A DNA stretch of 50,764 nucleotides, from the IMG/VR virus record IMGVR_UViG_3300049737_000544, positions 1 to 50,764 of that record; one strand, 5' to 3'. Positions 20,277 through 27,418 of the stretch are shown here, piece after piece. Source of the stretch: a virus (taxonomy: Duplodnaviria > Caudoviricetes). The position numbers and the translations under genes were made by a program. Position 1 is the stretch's first letter. Every line of letters starts with the position of its first letter. Under the pieces are notes generated by a model. The model did not search any database and had not been told where the DNA came from. It worked only from the letters and a program-made list of their open reading frames with translations.

Positions 20277-20322
20277 GGGAAATAATTCCCAAACATAATT
20301 GCAGAAATGCAGGAGAAAAAAT

Positions 20323-20556
20323 ATGAGCAGAAATATAACAGACATTATGGACTCAAAACTTACTTATGTATCACCAAAAACTGATATACAAATGGATTCT
20401 GAGGGTCTTAAAAGGGTTAGCGATCAATGGTTATTTGATGAATTAGAGTCAAGTGCAATGATTGCTAATAGATTCAAATATGTTCAATCTGACATTATTA
20501 ATATTTTGTTGGAATTAAAAAGACGAAACTTAATAAAATTTCAGGAGGTGTCTTAA
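20323..20556 (+). CDS. early hypothetical protein
   Basis: RBS AGGAG before ATG 20323. Confidence 0.7.
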   Translation: MSRNITDIMDSKLTYVSPKTDIQMDSEGLKRVSDQWLFDELESSAMIANRFKYVQSDIINILLELKRRNLIKFQEVS

Positions 20557-20822
20557 TGTCTGGAGCACACAGTCACGGAGTTTGCCCTGAATGCAACAGT
20601 CAAAAAGCAGACTCATTCTGGTGTAGCGAAAATGGTAACAAGCTTTCATGCGATAAATGCGGCTATGATTCTGGTTGGGAAAAAAGCATACTTGATAAAA
20701 CAGAAAACTATCTTAGAAAGCTATCTCATGCTGAATTAGTTTTTATACAAGAGTTTGTTTTTGATCTGATTGAATACAAATTTGAAAAAGAAAAAAAGGA
20801 GGTAACACAAAAGTCTTACTGA
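20556..20822 (+). CDS. small Zn-ribbon protein
   Basis: CPEC..CDKC; RBS AGGAGGT. Confidence 0.7.
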   Translation: MSGAHSHGVCPECNSQKADSFWCSENGNKLSCDKCGYDSGWEKSILDKTENYLRKLSHAELVFIQEFVFDLIEYKFEKEKKEVTQKSY

Positions 20823-20883
20823 GGAGGATTTAATATCCGAAAACTCAGGCAATTATGTTTCGATTTTGCCTGAGTTCTAAGAC
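20813..20883 (+). ncRNA. type I hammerhead ribozyme HHR3 (predicted cleavage after UUC 20877)
   Basis: stem I GTCTTA/TAAGAC; CTGAGGA; stem II GGAT/ATCC; GAAA; 11-bp stem III AACTCAGGCAA/TTGCCTGAGTT; C17. Confidence 0.93.
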
Positions 20884-20916
20884 AAACTAAACGCTTGAAA
20901 TATAGCAGGAGAAAAT

Positions 20917-21246
20917 ATGTCAATAACAGAAAATAATATCAAGCTAGAAGGTCAAGGCTTCCTTCCGCATGATACAAAATACTACAGAGCCTATTTTGTA
21001 AAAGACATTAATTTTATTTTTAGTAAAGATAAATTAATGTTTATGGGAAAAAGTATCACTATAAATGGTGCATTAACTGATTATCAAAACAGTTTTTGTT
21101 TTTTTACTGATGAAGGGATTCCAGCTTCTCATGTAACACAGGCTAAGAAAGACCTTGAAGGATGGATTAGCAATCCAGACAACAAAGACTTTGAAGAAAA
21201 TGTCGAGAAGATATTAAGAAAAGAAAAACTTTGGAAGGAGGCATAA
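20917..21246 (+). CDS. early hypothetical protein
   Basis: AGGAGAAAAT-ATG leader. Confidence 0.75.
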   Translation: MSITENNIKLEGQGFLPHDTKYYRAYFVKDINFIFSKDKLMFMGKSITINGALTDYQNSFCFFTDEGIPASHVTQAKKDLEGWISNPDNKDFEENVEKILRKEKLWKEA

Positions 21247-21608
21247 TGAAAAAATATATTAGGAAATTTTCATTTCAAGAATGCACCATTCTACAAATGT
21301 TAGTTGAATACGCATACGCAAAGGAAGTAGATAATCTTTTGCTGACTTATTGGAATCCATATCAAGTAAATGAAATTGCTTTTTGGAAAGATATAAAATT
21401 TGCTGAAGAAATTTGCCATGACTTTTATAATTGGGTAAATACTTCAACAGCAAACGAACCGAAATATAATCCAGAAAGAGATAGTTTTGACCCTTTAAAA
21501 GTTAAAGAAGGCAGGTCCGAACTTATAGAGCAATTGGATGATTTTGTAGATCAGTATCAATTAAATATTAAGTATCAAGAAAGGAGGAATACAAATGCAC
21601 ATACCTAA
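21246..21608 (+). CDS. early hypothetical protein
   Basis: AGGAGG RBS; TAATG coupling at 21246. Confidence 0.7.
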   Translation: MKKYIRKFSFQECTILQMLVEYAYAKEVDNLLLTYWNPYQVNEIAFWKDIKFAEEICHDFYNWVNTSTANEPKYNPERDSFDPLKVKEGRSELIEQLDDFVDQYQLNIKYQERRNTNAHT

Positions 21609-21918
21609 TACAAAAAGGAGTCAAATTTTTTCAAGGAAAGATAATATTGACAGACAAATAAAATATTTAGATGAACAGTTAGAAAAAATTTTCAAGCAAA
21701 CTGAAGATTTAATTGCTGACGGAAAAGAGCTTGATAAATATCTTGAAAGTGGCTGGGAGGAACAACATACTGAGGAGCATTTATTATCCGAAAGTCTTAA
21801 CTTAGAAGTTTCGATCTGGGCTACACAAAGATATTTAATTTCAGATTTTTCTGATTCTATTATCACAGCACGAGAAAAACTTAAAGCTTCGGAGGATAAA
21901 AATATCAGACGGGTATAA
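21595..21918 (+). CDS. early coiled-coil hypothetical protein
   Basis: AGGAGG RBS; last gene before terminator. Confidence 0.7.
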   Translation: MHIPNTKRSQIFSRKDNIDRQIKYLDEQLEKIFKQTEDLIADGKELDKYLESGWEEQHTEEHLLSESLNLEVSIWATQRYLISDFSDSIITAREKLKASEDKNIRRV

Positions 21919-21934
21919 ATAAATAATTAATTAT

Positions 21935-21963
21935 AAAAGGGCAGCTTTCGGGCTGCCTTTTTT
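21935..21963 (+). terminator. intrinsic terminator of early operon (possibly bidirectional)
   Basis: AAAA-GGGCAGCT-TTCG-GGCTGCCT-TTTTT. Confidence 0.85.
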
Positions 21964-22014
21964 ATTTGTCAAGACTATTAATTTTTTTTTATATCAGCTA
22001 ACATCACTGGTCCT

Positions 22015-22191
22015 ATGTTAATTAAAGAATCCATAATAAAAGTAGCCAGAACGCTTAAAGAAGGAAAGGAAATTGATATACAGGACAAGAATATACTAGA
22101 AGGTTATCCAGCAGATTTAGATGAGCAAGATATTTTAAAAGCAATGAACGCTATTGATATTGTCTCTGATATTTTACTTGAACTAGAGTAA
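22015..22191 (+). CDS. small acidic hypothetical protein (58 aa)
   Basis: manual translation MLIKESIIKVARTLKEG...ILLELE; weak RBS. Confidence 0.5.
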   Translation: MLIKESIIKVARTLKEGKEIDIQDKNILEGYPADLDEQDILKAMNAIDIVSDILLELE

Positions 22192-22386
22192 GTCTATTTT
22201 TCGTATTGCTTCTTCGTAACTTTTACCTAAAGTTGTCCAATCTGTTTTCTCATCAGGCTTATATAACCAGCCCCTGTGCATAGTATTTTTTCCATGTACA
22301 TTGTGAGGTACCCATTTTATTTTTACCCCGCTGTAACCCTTCTCTCGAAGTTTTAAAGCTATGTTCTCTTTCTTACTCATCTTCAT
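22183..22386 (-). CDS. hypothetical protein
   Basis: ORF track; last gene of minus-strand run. Confidence 0.6.
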   Translation of the reverse strand: MKMSKKENIALKLREKGYSGVKIKWVPHNVHGKNTMHRGWLYKPDEKTDWTTLGKSYEEAIRKIDLL

Positions 22387-22525
22387 TTAATGATTCAATC
22401 CAAAAATCTTCATAAATTATTCTAAATTGTTCTAGTGTTGGTATTTGCACGTTAGGAACTTCCTTCAAACCTTTGATATGAATTTTGTAAGCTTCTAATA
22501 ATTGTTTTTCAGAATATAAAATCAT
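22373..22525 (-). CDS. small hypothetical protein (50 aa)
   Basis: manual translation MILYSEKQLLEAY...IPTLEQFRIIYE; abuts upstream stop. Confidence 0.6.
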   Translation of the reverse strand: MILYSEKQLLEAYKIHIKGLKEVPNVQIPTLEQFRIIYEDFWIESLNEDE

Positions 22526-22717
22526 TTAATGTATTGTCCTGTCTCCCCAAAAATCTTTGGGAGGAACATAAATATCTGTAAGTTCTCCAACAACTTCTAA
22601 ACCATATTCGTCAGCTACCTCTTGAGCCTCACTCATTGAGTGTGCATAAAGAATAGGTCCTTCTTCTGTTTTACCTTTATGAGTATATTCAGTTATATAT
22701 ATTTTCATGCTTTCCAT
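22526..22717 (-). CDS. hypothetical protein
   Basis: KIYITEY..EGP.L.A..VVGEL; packed in operon. Confidence 0.65.
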   Translation of the reverse strand: MESMKIYITEYTHKGKTEEGPILYAHSMSEAQEVADEYGLEVVGELTDIYVPPKDFWGDRTIH

Positions 22718-23016
22718 AAGTCTTTTCTAGCCCAATAATTTGAAGAAAACTTATCATCTTTTGTTAGCTTCCCTGATTTGTTTTTTATTCCTGCTGAACG
22801 AGTAAGATAATTTTTTCTAGCTTCTTTGGAATAGTTGTGCCTGTAATCTTTATGACCATATTTAACTATTTTTATTTCGTCACCCTTTTTTGCCAGAACT
22901 TCTTTTTTATAATCACCTTTACCAGAATATCTTTTGGGTTTATTGAAGCCACTAAATTTTTTTCCCCGATAAACGACACCGCCACTTACTCTTTTTGCCT
23001 CTGAAGCTTTAGCCAT
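22705..23016 (-). CDS. small basic protein (DUF5754/DUF6321-like)
   Basis: IVKYG..ARKNYLTRSAGI..DKFSSNYWARKDLW. Confidence 0.65.
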   Translation of the reverse strand: MAKASEAKRVSGGVVYRGKKFSGFNKPKRYSGKGDYKKEVLAKKGDEIKIVKYGHKDYRHNYSKEARKNYLTRSAGIKNKSGKLTKDDKFSSNYWARKDLWKA

Positions 23017-23267
23017 TATCTATACCTCTTAGTTGTTCTTCTGGCTTTCTTAGTTTGTTTTGAATGTTGCTTTCCCTTTTTTGTATCTGCTCTTTTTTTT
23101 CTAGTAGTTGCAGCATACTCAGCAGCTGACATAGCTTTGATTGCTTTTTTAGGTAAGTATCTTTCACCAGTTGCTTTTTTTCCTTGAGTTGAAGGCTTTC
23201 CAGATTTAGTCCGCCACTCTTGTTTGGTCCAAAGTTTTAAAGATTTTTGTGATTTTTTTAAAGCCAT
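23016..23267 (-). CDS. basic protein, DUF5872-like C-terminal half
   Basis: QKSLK.WTKQEWRTKSG, GERYLPKKA. Confidence 0.7.
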   Translation of the reverse strand: MALKKSQKSLKLWTKQEWRTKSGKPSTQGKKATGERYLPKKAIKAMSAAEYAATTRKKRADTKKGKQHSKQTKKARRTTKRYR

Positions 23268-23348
23268 TATTGATTATGTTTTTTTAATTTTTGTTGTTTT
23301 TTCCTGATCTTTAATTGTTTTTTGATTTCTACTTTTTGATTTTGCTGT

Positions 23349-23561
23349 TTAGCGATAGCCGCCTCCTGCGGCTTTGTACTGTTTGGCTAACATTTGAGCC
23401 TTTCGAGCAGACCATTGACCGCTTCGACCTCCTTTGTTTCCTGATTTTATTTTATTAAAAAGTCTTTTACGCATAGCAGGTTTTGTGTAGTTACCTGCTT
23501 CATTAACTCTGGACTTACTTTTTTTTGCCGTAGTTTTTCTTCTTGGTTTTTTTGCTGCCAT
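23349..23561 (-). CDS. basic protein, DUF5872-like N-terminal half
   Basis: YTKP..KGG..GQWSARKAQ...YK..GGGY. Confidence 0.7.
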   Translation of the reverse strand: MAAKKPRRKTTAKKSKSRVNEAGNYTKPAMRKRLFNKIKSGNKGGRSGQWSARKAQMLAKQYKAAGGGYR

Positions 23562-23592
23562 AACTTTTACCTTTAGTTTTCTTGCCGTACAT
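23515..23592 (-). CDS. 25-aa Lys-rich peptide
   Basis: GAGGT RBS; MYGKKTKGKSYGSKKTKKKNYGKKK. Confidence 0.45.
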   Translation of the reverse strand: MYGKKTKGKSYGSKKTKKKNYGKKK

Positions 23593-23603
23593 ATTTTACC
23601 TCT

Positions 23604-23711
23604 TTATTTTTTTCTTGATTTCCCACATCCGTAAACGTGACCTGAATGAATTAGTATGTTTCTATTAAGTCCAGCTTTTTTAGTAGGAACTGGGGTATTT
23701 ATTTTTTTCAT
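23604..23711 (-). CDS. small basic peptide (35 aa)
   Basis: manual translation MKKINTPVPTKKAGLNRNIL...; fills gap in operon. Confidence 0.4.
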   Translation of the reverse strand: MKKINTPVPTKKAGLNRNILIHSGHVYGCGKSRKK

Positions 23712-23722
23712 ATTAGTTTTTA

Positions 23723-23902
23723 TTACTTACTCCAAAAAGTTTTAGCTTTAATTTTTGCTTTTTTTGAAAGCTCTCCATAATGAAAAAGTTTAATACTTTT
23801 TGCCGTATGAGTTTTTCCAGAATGCAAAACACCATCAGCCATTTTATGAGTGTTGCCTTTGTACTTTGTTCCATCTTTTTTGTAGTGATTTACACCTTTC
23901 AT
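23723..23902 (-). CDS. small His/Lys-rich protein (59 aa)
   Basis: MKGVNHYKKDGT..THKMADGVLHSGKTHT; ATGA coupling. Confidence 0.65.
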   Translation of the reverse strand: MKGVNHYKKDGTKYKGNTHKMADGVLHSGKTHTAKSIKLFHYGELSKKAKIKAKTFWSK

Positions 23903-24225
23903 CTTCTTTCCTTAAATATTTGTAATACTCTATGATAAACCATGTCTTTCATATTCTTAAAAGTAACATTATGCTCTGGTAATTCTTGCCAAGCTTTTTT
24001 TCTTTCTTCCCGATTTGGCAAGTTAGAAATAGTTTTAGCTAAACCCATCTGCATACTTGTAAGATACACCAGATCATGAAATTTTTCATCTAGGTCAGAC
24101 ATATATTCAAGCCTTTCCTTGTGTGTTTTTAAAAATGATATTTTGTAAGAATAGTCTAACAAGCTTGGTTCTCCGTCTTGCTTAGAGTGTTTGTAGTTAT
24201 AAGAGGATTTTTTTTCTTTTGACAA
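23899..24225 (-). CDS. hypothetical protein
   Basis: 108-aa ORF. Confidence 0.65.
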   Translation of the reverse strand: MSKEKKSSYNYKHSKQDGEPSLLDYSYKISFLKTHKERLEYMSDLDEKFHDLVYLTSMQMGLAKTISNLPNREERKKAWQELPEHNVTFKNMKDMVYHRVLQIFKERR

Positions 24226-24388
24226 TTTCGTTTTTTATTTTTTGTTTTAATTTTTTGGGAGTATTTTTATTTTCAAACATCTCGTTTAATTTAGCAGTGC
24301 TCAGGGCTTTTATATAAAAATGTTCAACAGATATTTTTCCTGTAGATTTATCTCTTCTCTTTTCGCTTCTTTTGTATTTAGTAGGCAT
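24197..24388 (-). CDS. small basic hypothetical protein
   Basis: 63-aa ORF. Confidence 0.6.
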   Translation of the reverse strand: MPTKYKRSEKRRDKSTGKISVEHFYIKALSTAKLNEMFENKNTPKKLKQKIKNEIVKRKKILL

Positions 24389-24492
24389 TAAAAAAAAGAA
24401 AATCTTGTAAGTTGTAAAAAATAAAAATAAACAAAACTAATAGATAGGCTTGTCAAAAATAATAATAAAAATTTTAAATCAAAAGGATTCAA
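24388..24492 (-). CDS. possible 34-aa membrane peptide
   Basis: TTG start overlapping upstream stop, TAATG coupling downstream; hydrophobic. Confidence 0.3.
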   Translation of the reverse strand: MNPFDLKFLLLFLTSLSISFVYFYFLQLTRFSFF

Positions 24493-24791
24493 GATAATAT
24501 CTCTTTTAATTTTTTTAAAAGTTCCTTTTCTTTTCCATATCTTTTTTCAAATTCAGCTTTGTATGGGTGCCTTGAAACTATTAAATTATTATTCAGCCCC
24601 ATTCGGTGATGGTTAGGACATAAACCTATTGAAGATAAATGTGCTCCAATTTTATTTTTGCCGTCTAAATGATGCACTTCAGCTGGAGTAAAAACGTTGT
24701 GATGTAATTTACAAACAATACACCCGTGTTCAACTATTTCGTTCATCCATTCCTTTTCTTCTTTTGTTGGGGTTCTGCTTTTGAAACTCAT
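24489..24791 (-). CDS. Ref-like (recombination enhancement) HNH nuclease
   Basis: GCIVC..PAEVHH..IGLCPNHHR..FEKRYG.E. Confidence 0.75.
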   Translation of the reverse strand: MSFKSRTPTKEEKEWMNEIVEHGCIVCKLHHNVFTPAEVHHLDGKNKIGAHLSSIGLCPNHHRMGLNNNLIVSRHPYKAEFEKRYGKEKELLKKLKEILS

Positions 24792-24921
24792 TGTAGATAA
24801 ATTCTAAATTATTTTCCAAATATTCTAAATAGGTTATTTGTTTTTCACCCCAAGCTTTTCTTTCAAGACAAGATTCCATATACATAAACTTTGCAAAATA
24901 AGTAAAATTATCATTTATCAT
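24730..24921 (-). CDS. hypothetical protein
   Basis: 63-aa ORF. Confidence 0.55.
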   Translation of the reverse strand: MINDNFTYFAKFMYMESCLERKAWGEKQITYLEYLENNLEFIYNEFQKQNPNKRRKGMDERNS

Positions 24922-25021
24922 TTTTATTCTTTGGTTTTTTTAATTTTGATTTTGATTCTTTTTTCAACTCATTAACTAGTTTTATATGATCTCGTATATT
25001 TTCAATTTTTTTATGCCCCAT
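24911..25021 (-). CDS. small basic peptide (36 aa)
   Basis: manual translation MGHKKIENIRDHIK...; fills gap. Confidence 0.35.
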   Translation of the reverse strand: MGHKKIENIRDHIKLVNELKKESKSKLKKPKNKNDK

Positions 25022-25349
25022 ACCTGCTTCTCTCTGATCTTAAGTTTGCCATTTTGGTTCTCCATTCTTCAAACTCCATATCAGCTGCTTTCATTTTTGC
25101 CTGACAAGAATCATATTCTGATTTAGCCACGGCAACGTCTAGGGAAGCTTTATAATATTCATCTGTAGATTCTGCCTTGGCTTTTTGTGCGTTATAACTT
25201 CTTTCTCCTTCGTCTTTTGCTTTTACTAATTCTATGTAAAATATTTTTTTCAAAACTAATTCTTTTTTAAAAACATTTACTCTAGCTTCTTTTAAAAAAG
25301 GAATAATGTCTCTTATTTGTTGATGAAAGTTTTCTGCTTGATGTTCCAT
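25011..25349 (-). CDS. coiled-coil hypothetical protein
   Basis: C-terminal FEEWRTKMANLR; coupled to dnaB. Confidence 0.7.
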   Translation of the reverse strand: MEHQAENFHQQIRDIIPFLKEARVNVFKKELVLKKIFYIELVKAKDEGERSYNAQKAKAESTDEYYKASLDVAVAKSEYDSCQAKMKAADMEFEEWRTKMANLRSERSRYGA

Positions 25350-26671
25350 TAAATGGGTCCCTCCTCTTCTCTTCTTCCAAACGCCACTTCATCTGGGTCT
25401 AAAAATTTTGAATAAGCACCATTAAAACCAAGTTCAACTTGTCCTGAATCACCTAATCTATTTTTTCTAATAATAATTTCAGCAGTATTATTTGAAAGGG
25501 AATCATAATATTCATCTCTATAAAGCATAATTACCATATCTGCGTCTTGCTCTATAGAACCTGAATCTCTTAAGTCTGAAAGGACTGGTCTCTTATCAGT
25601 CCTTCCCTCTACACCCCTTGATAGTTGAGATAAACTGATGAGAGGACATTGTATGTCTTTAGCCAATCCTTTCAGCAAATTTGATATATAACTTATTGAT
25701 GATGCCCTTGAGTCAGAATTACTAGGAGCCTTATTCGAGGTCATGAGAAGTTGTAAATAATCAACAACAATCAAATCAATATCCATAACAGCCTGTAGCG
25801 TTTTAGTTTTATTTACTAAAGTCTCAATAGTTATTGGAGACCTGTCATAAACAAACATATTTTTTTCTTCAAAAAAACTTTTCATTTTTCTAAATTTATC
25901 CCAGCCATTCAAATCTAAATTACCTGTAAGCAAAGAGTCCATTGAGAGTTCAGCTTGTGCAGATATAATCTTTTTCAAAAGCTGTTCATTAGTCATTTCA
26001 AGGCTGAAGAGTAGAACATTTTTACCTTGCAAAACTGAGTTAGTAGCAATGTTTAATGCAAATGTTGTTTTACCCATTGCTGGTCTACCTGCAATAATAA
26101 CAAGGTCTCCCGATCTAAAACCTTTAATTTTATTATCTAAAGTTTGAAATCCCGTTTTAATTAAATTTTTATTTATTTCATTTGCATTACTTAATTCGTG
26201 TTCTACGCTGTCAAAAATTTGTGATATTTTTTTAGGACTTCCTGTGGCTTTTGTTATTCTATCTCCAATCAAATGTTCATTAATTTTACTTATTTTTTCT
26301 TCAATCTTTGTATCTTGATTTACTATATCTGGAATTCTTTTTGCCAGTGTTAATAATTTTCTGTTGGCTGTGGCATCTTGCATTAATTTTATCCAGCTAG
26401 AAATGTCGTCAAGAATAATTCCTTCTGCTGTTGCCAGTCTTACTTTTTCAAACATTTGTTTATTAAGTAAGTCTTGTAAAGAAATAATATCTATTCCTTG
26501 TTTTTCCAACATAATCTCATAAGTTTTTTGATAAGCTAAAACAGTAAAATCACTTGGCTGCAAACCTTTGTCTTGAGCTTGTATAAAAAATTTATTATCT
26601 AAGATCATAGAGCCTATTACGTTGCCCTCTAGTTCTAAATTTGCTTTCTCATCCAAATAAAGTGTTTTCAT
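25349..26671 (-). CDS. dnaB: replicative DNA helicase
   Basis: AGRPAMGKT, FSLEM, VVDYLQL, LSQLSR, DLRDSGSIEQDAD, KNRLG. Confidence 0.97.
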   Translation of the reverse strand: MKTLYLDEKANLELEGNVIGSMILDNKFFIQAQDKGLQPSDFTVLAYQKTYEIMLEKQGIDIISLQDLLNKQMFEKVRLATAEGIILDDISSWIKLMQDATANRKLLTLAKRIPDIVNQDTKIEEKISKINEHLIGDRITKATGSPKKISQIFDSVEHELSNANEINKNLIKTGFQTLDNKIKGFRSGDLVIIAGRPAMGKTTFALNIATNSVLQGKNVLLFSLEMTNEQLLKKIISAQAELSMDSLLTGNLDLNGWDKFRKMKSFFEEKNMFVYDRSPITIETLVNKTKTLQAVMDIDLIVVDYLQLLMTSNKAPSNSDSRASSISYISNLLKGLAKDIQCPLISLSQLSRGVEGRTDKRPVLSDLRDSGSIEQDADMVIMLYRDEYYDSLSNNTAEIIIRKNRLGDSGQVELGFNGAYSKFLDPDEVAFGRREEEGPI

Positions 26672-27315
26672 CCATATCTCCTTTCTATAATTGCTTCAAA
26701 CTGATTTATACCTAACATAGTCATAAGGCTTGGCTTCTTATCCCAGTAAGAACGAATCCATTTTCTGTGCCCTTCTGAGTTGGCTATCTTAAAATATTTA
26801 ACCCAGAATTCATTGCTGTTAAGATTTATTTTTTCCCCCGTTTTTGGCGAGACTATACCTTTTCTAGCAAGTTCTCTTAACTCTTTGTATCTCGGCTGGG
26901 CTTTAAATGAATTAGCACTATGCTGATAAAAAGACTTATCGCATTCTTCTTTGAAAATATCATTTATTTTGTCTAAATCTAATATAAATATTTCTTTAGT
27001 ATTAGTTTTAGTATTGTAGCCATCTCCTGACCCACAGTAGGTTTTTTCTAGACCTACCTGTATTTTATACAAATTACTTGTGTATTCGTCTTTATCATTT
27101 TTCCTATTTTGCCAATCAACCAAACCTTGGGTTCTTAGTTTTTTAAGATTGTCTTTTATTGCTGAAAGTGACAGTCCAGTAAGTTGTGTTAAGCGTCTGT
27201 GTGAGGGGTAAGATTCTCCAAATTCATTTGAATAATTTGCCAACACTATAAGAATTAATTTTTGTGTTGGATTAACATTTACTGTTAAAACTTTTGTTAT
27301 GTATTCAAGCGACAT
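26668..27315 (-). CDS. replication initiator with N-terminal HTH
   Basis: KLILIVLANY..SYPS...L...TGLS..SNLY; upstream of dnaB. Confidence 0.8.
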   Translation of the reverse strand: MSLEYITKVLTVNVNPTQKLILIVLANYSNEFGESYPSHRRLTQLTGLSLSAIKDNLKKLRTQGLVDWQNRKNDKDEYTSNLYKIQVGLEKTYCGSGDGYNTKTNTKEIFILDLDKINDIFKEECDKSFYQHSANSFKAQPRYKELRELARKGIVSPKTGEKINLNSNEFWVKYFKIANSEGHRKWIRSYWDKKPSLMTMLGINQFEAIIERRYG

Positions 27316-27367
27316 TAGACCTCCAGAAAAGATTTTGCCTGACCAATAAAAATTAGTAAAGAATTAT

Positions 27368-27395
27368 TTGAAATAAAATAATTTTTATGTATCAT
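27368..27395 (+). promoter_or_regulatory. candidate sigma70 promoter of recombination operon
   Basis: TTGAAA, 16 bp, TATCAT in divergent intergenic gap. Confidence 0.45.
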
Positions 27396-27418
27396 TGTGT
27401 TTTACGGAGGTCTAACTA

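Noticed and set aside
23268-23360. Open Lys-rich frame between the DUF5872-like halves
   Set aside because: No start codon in frame; at most a decayed ORF
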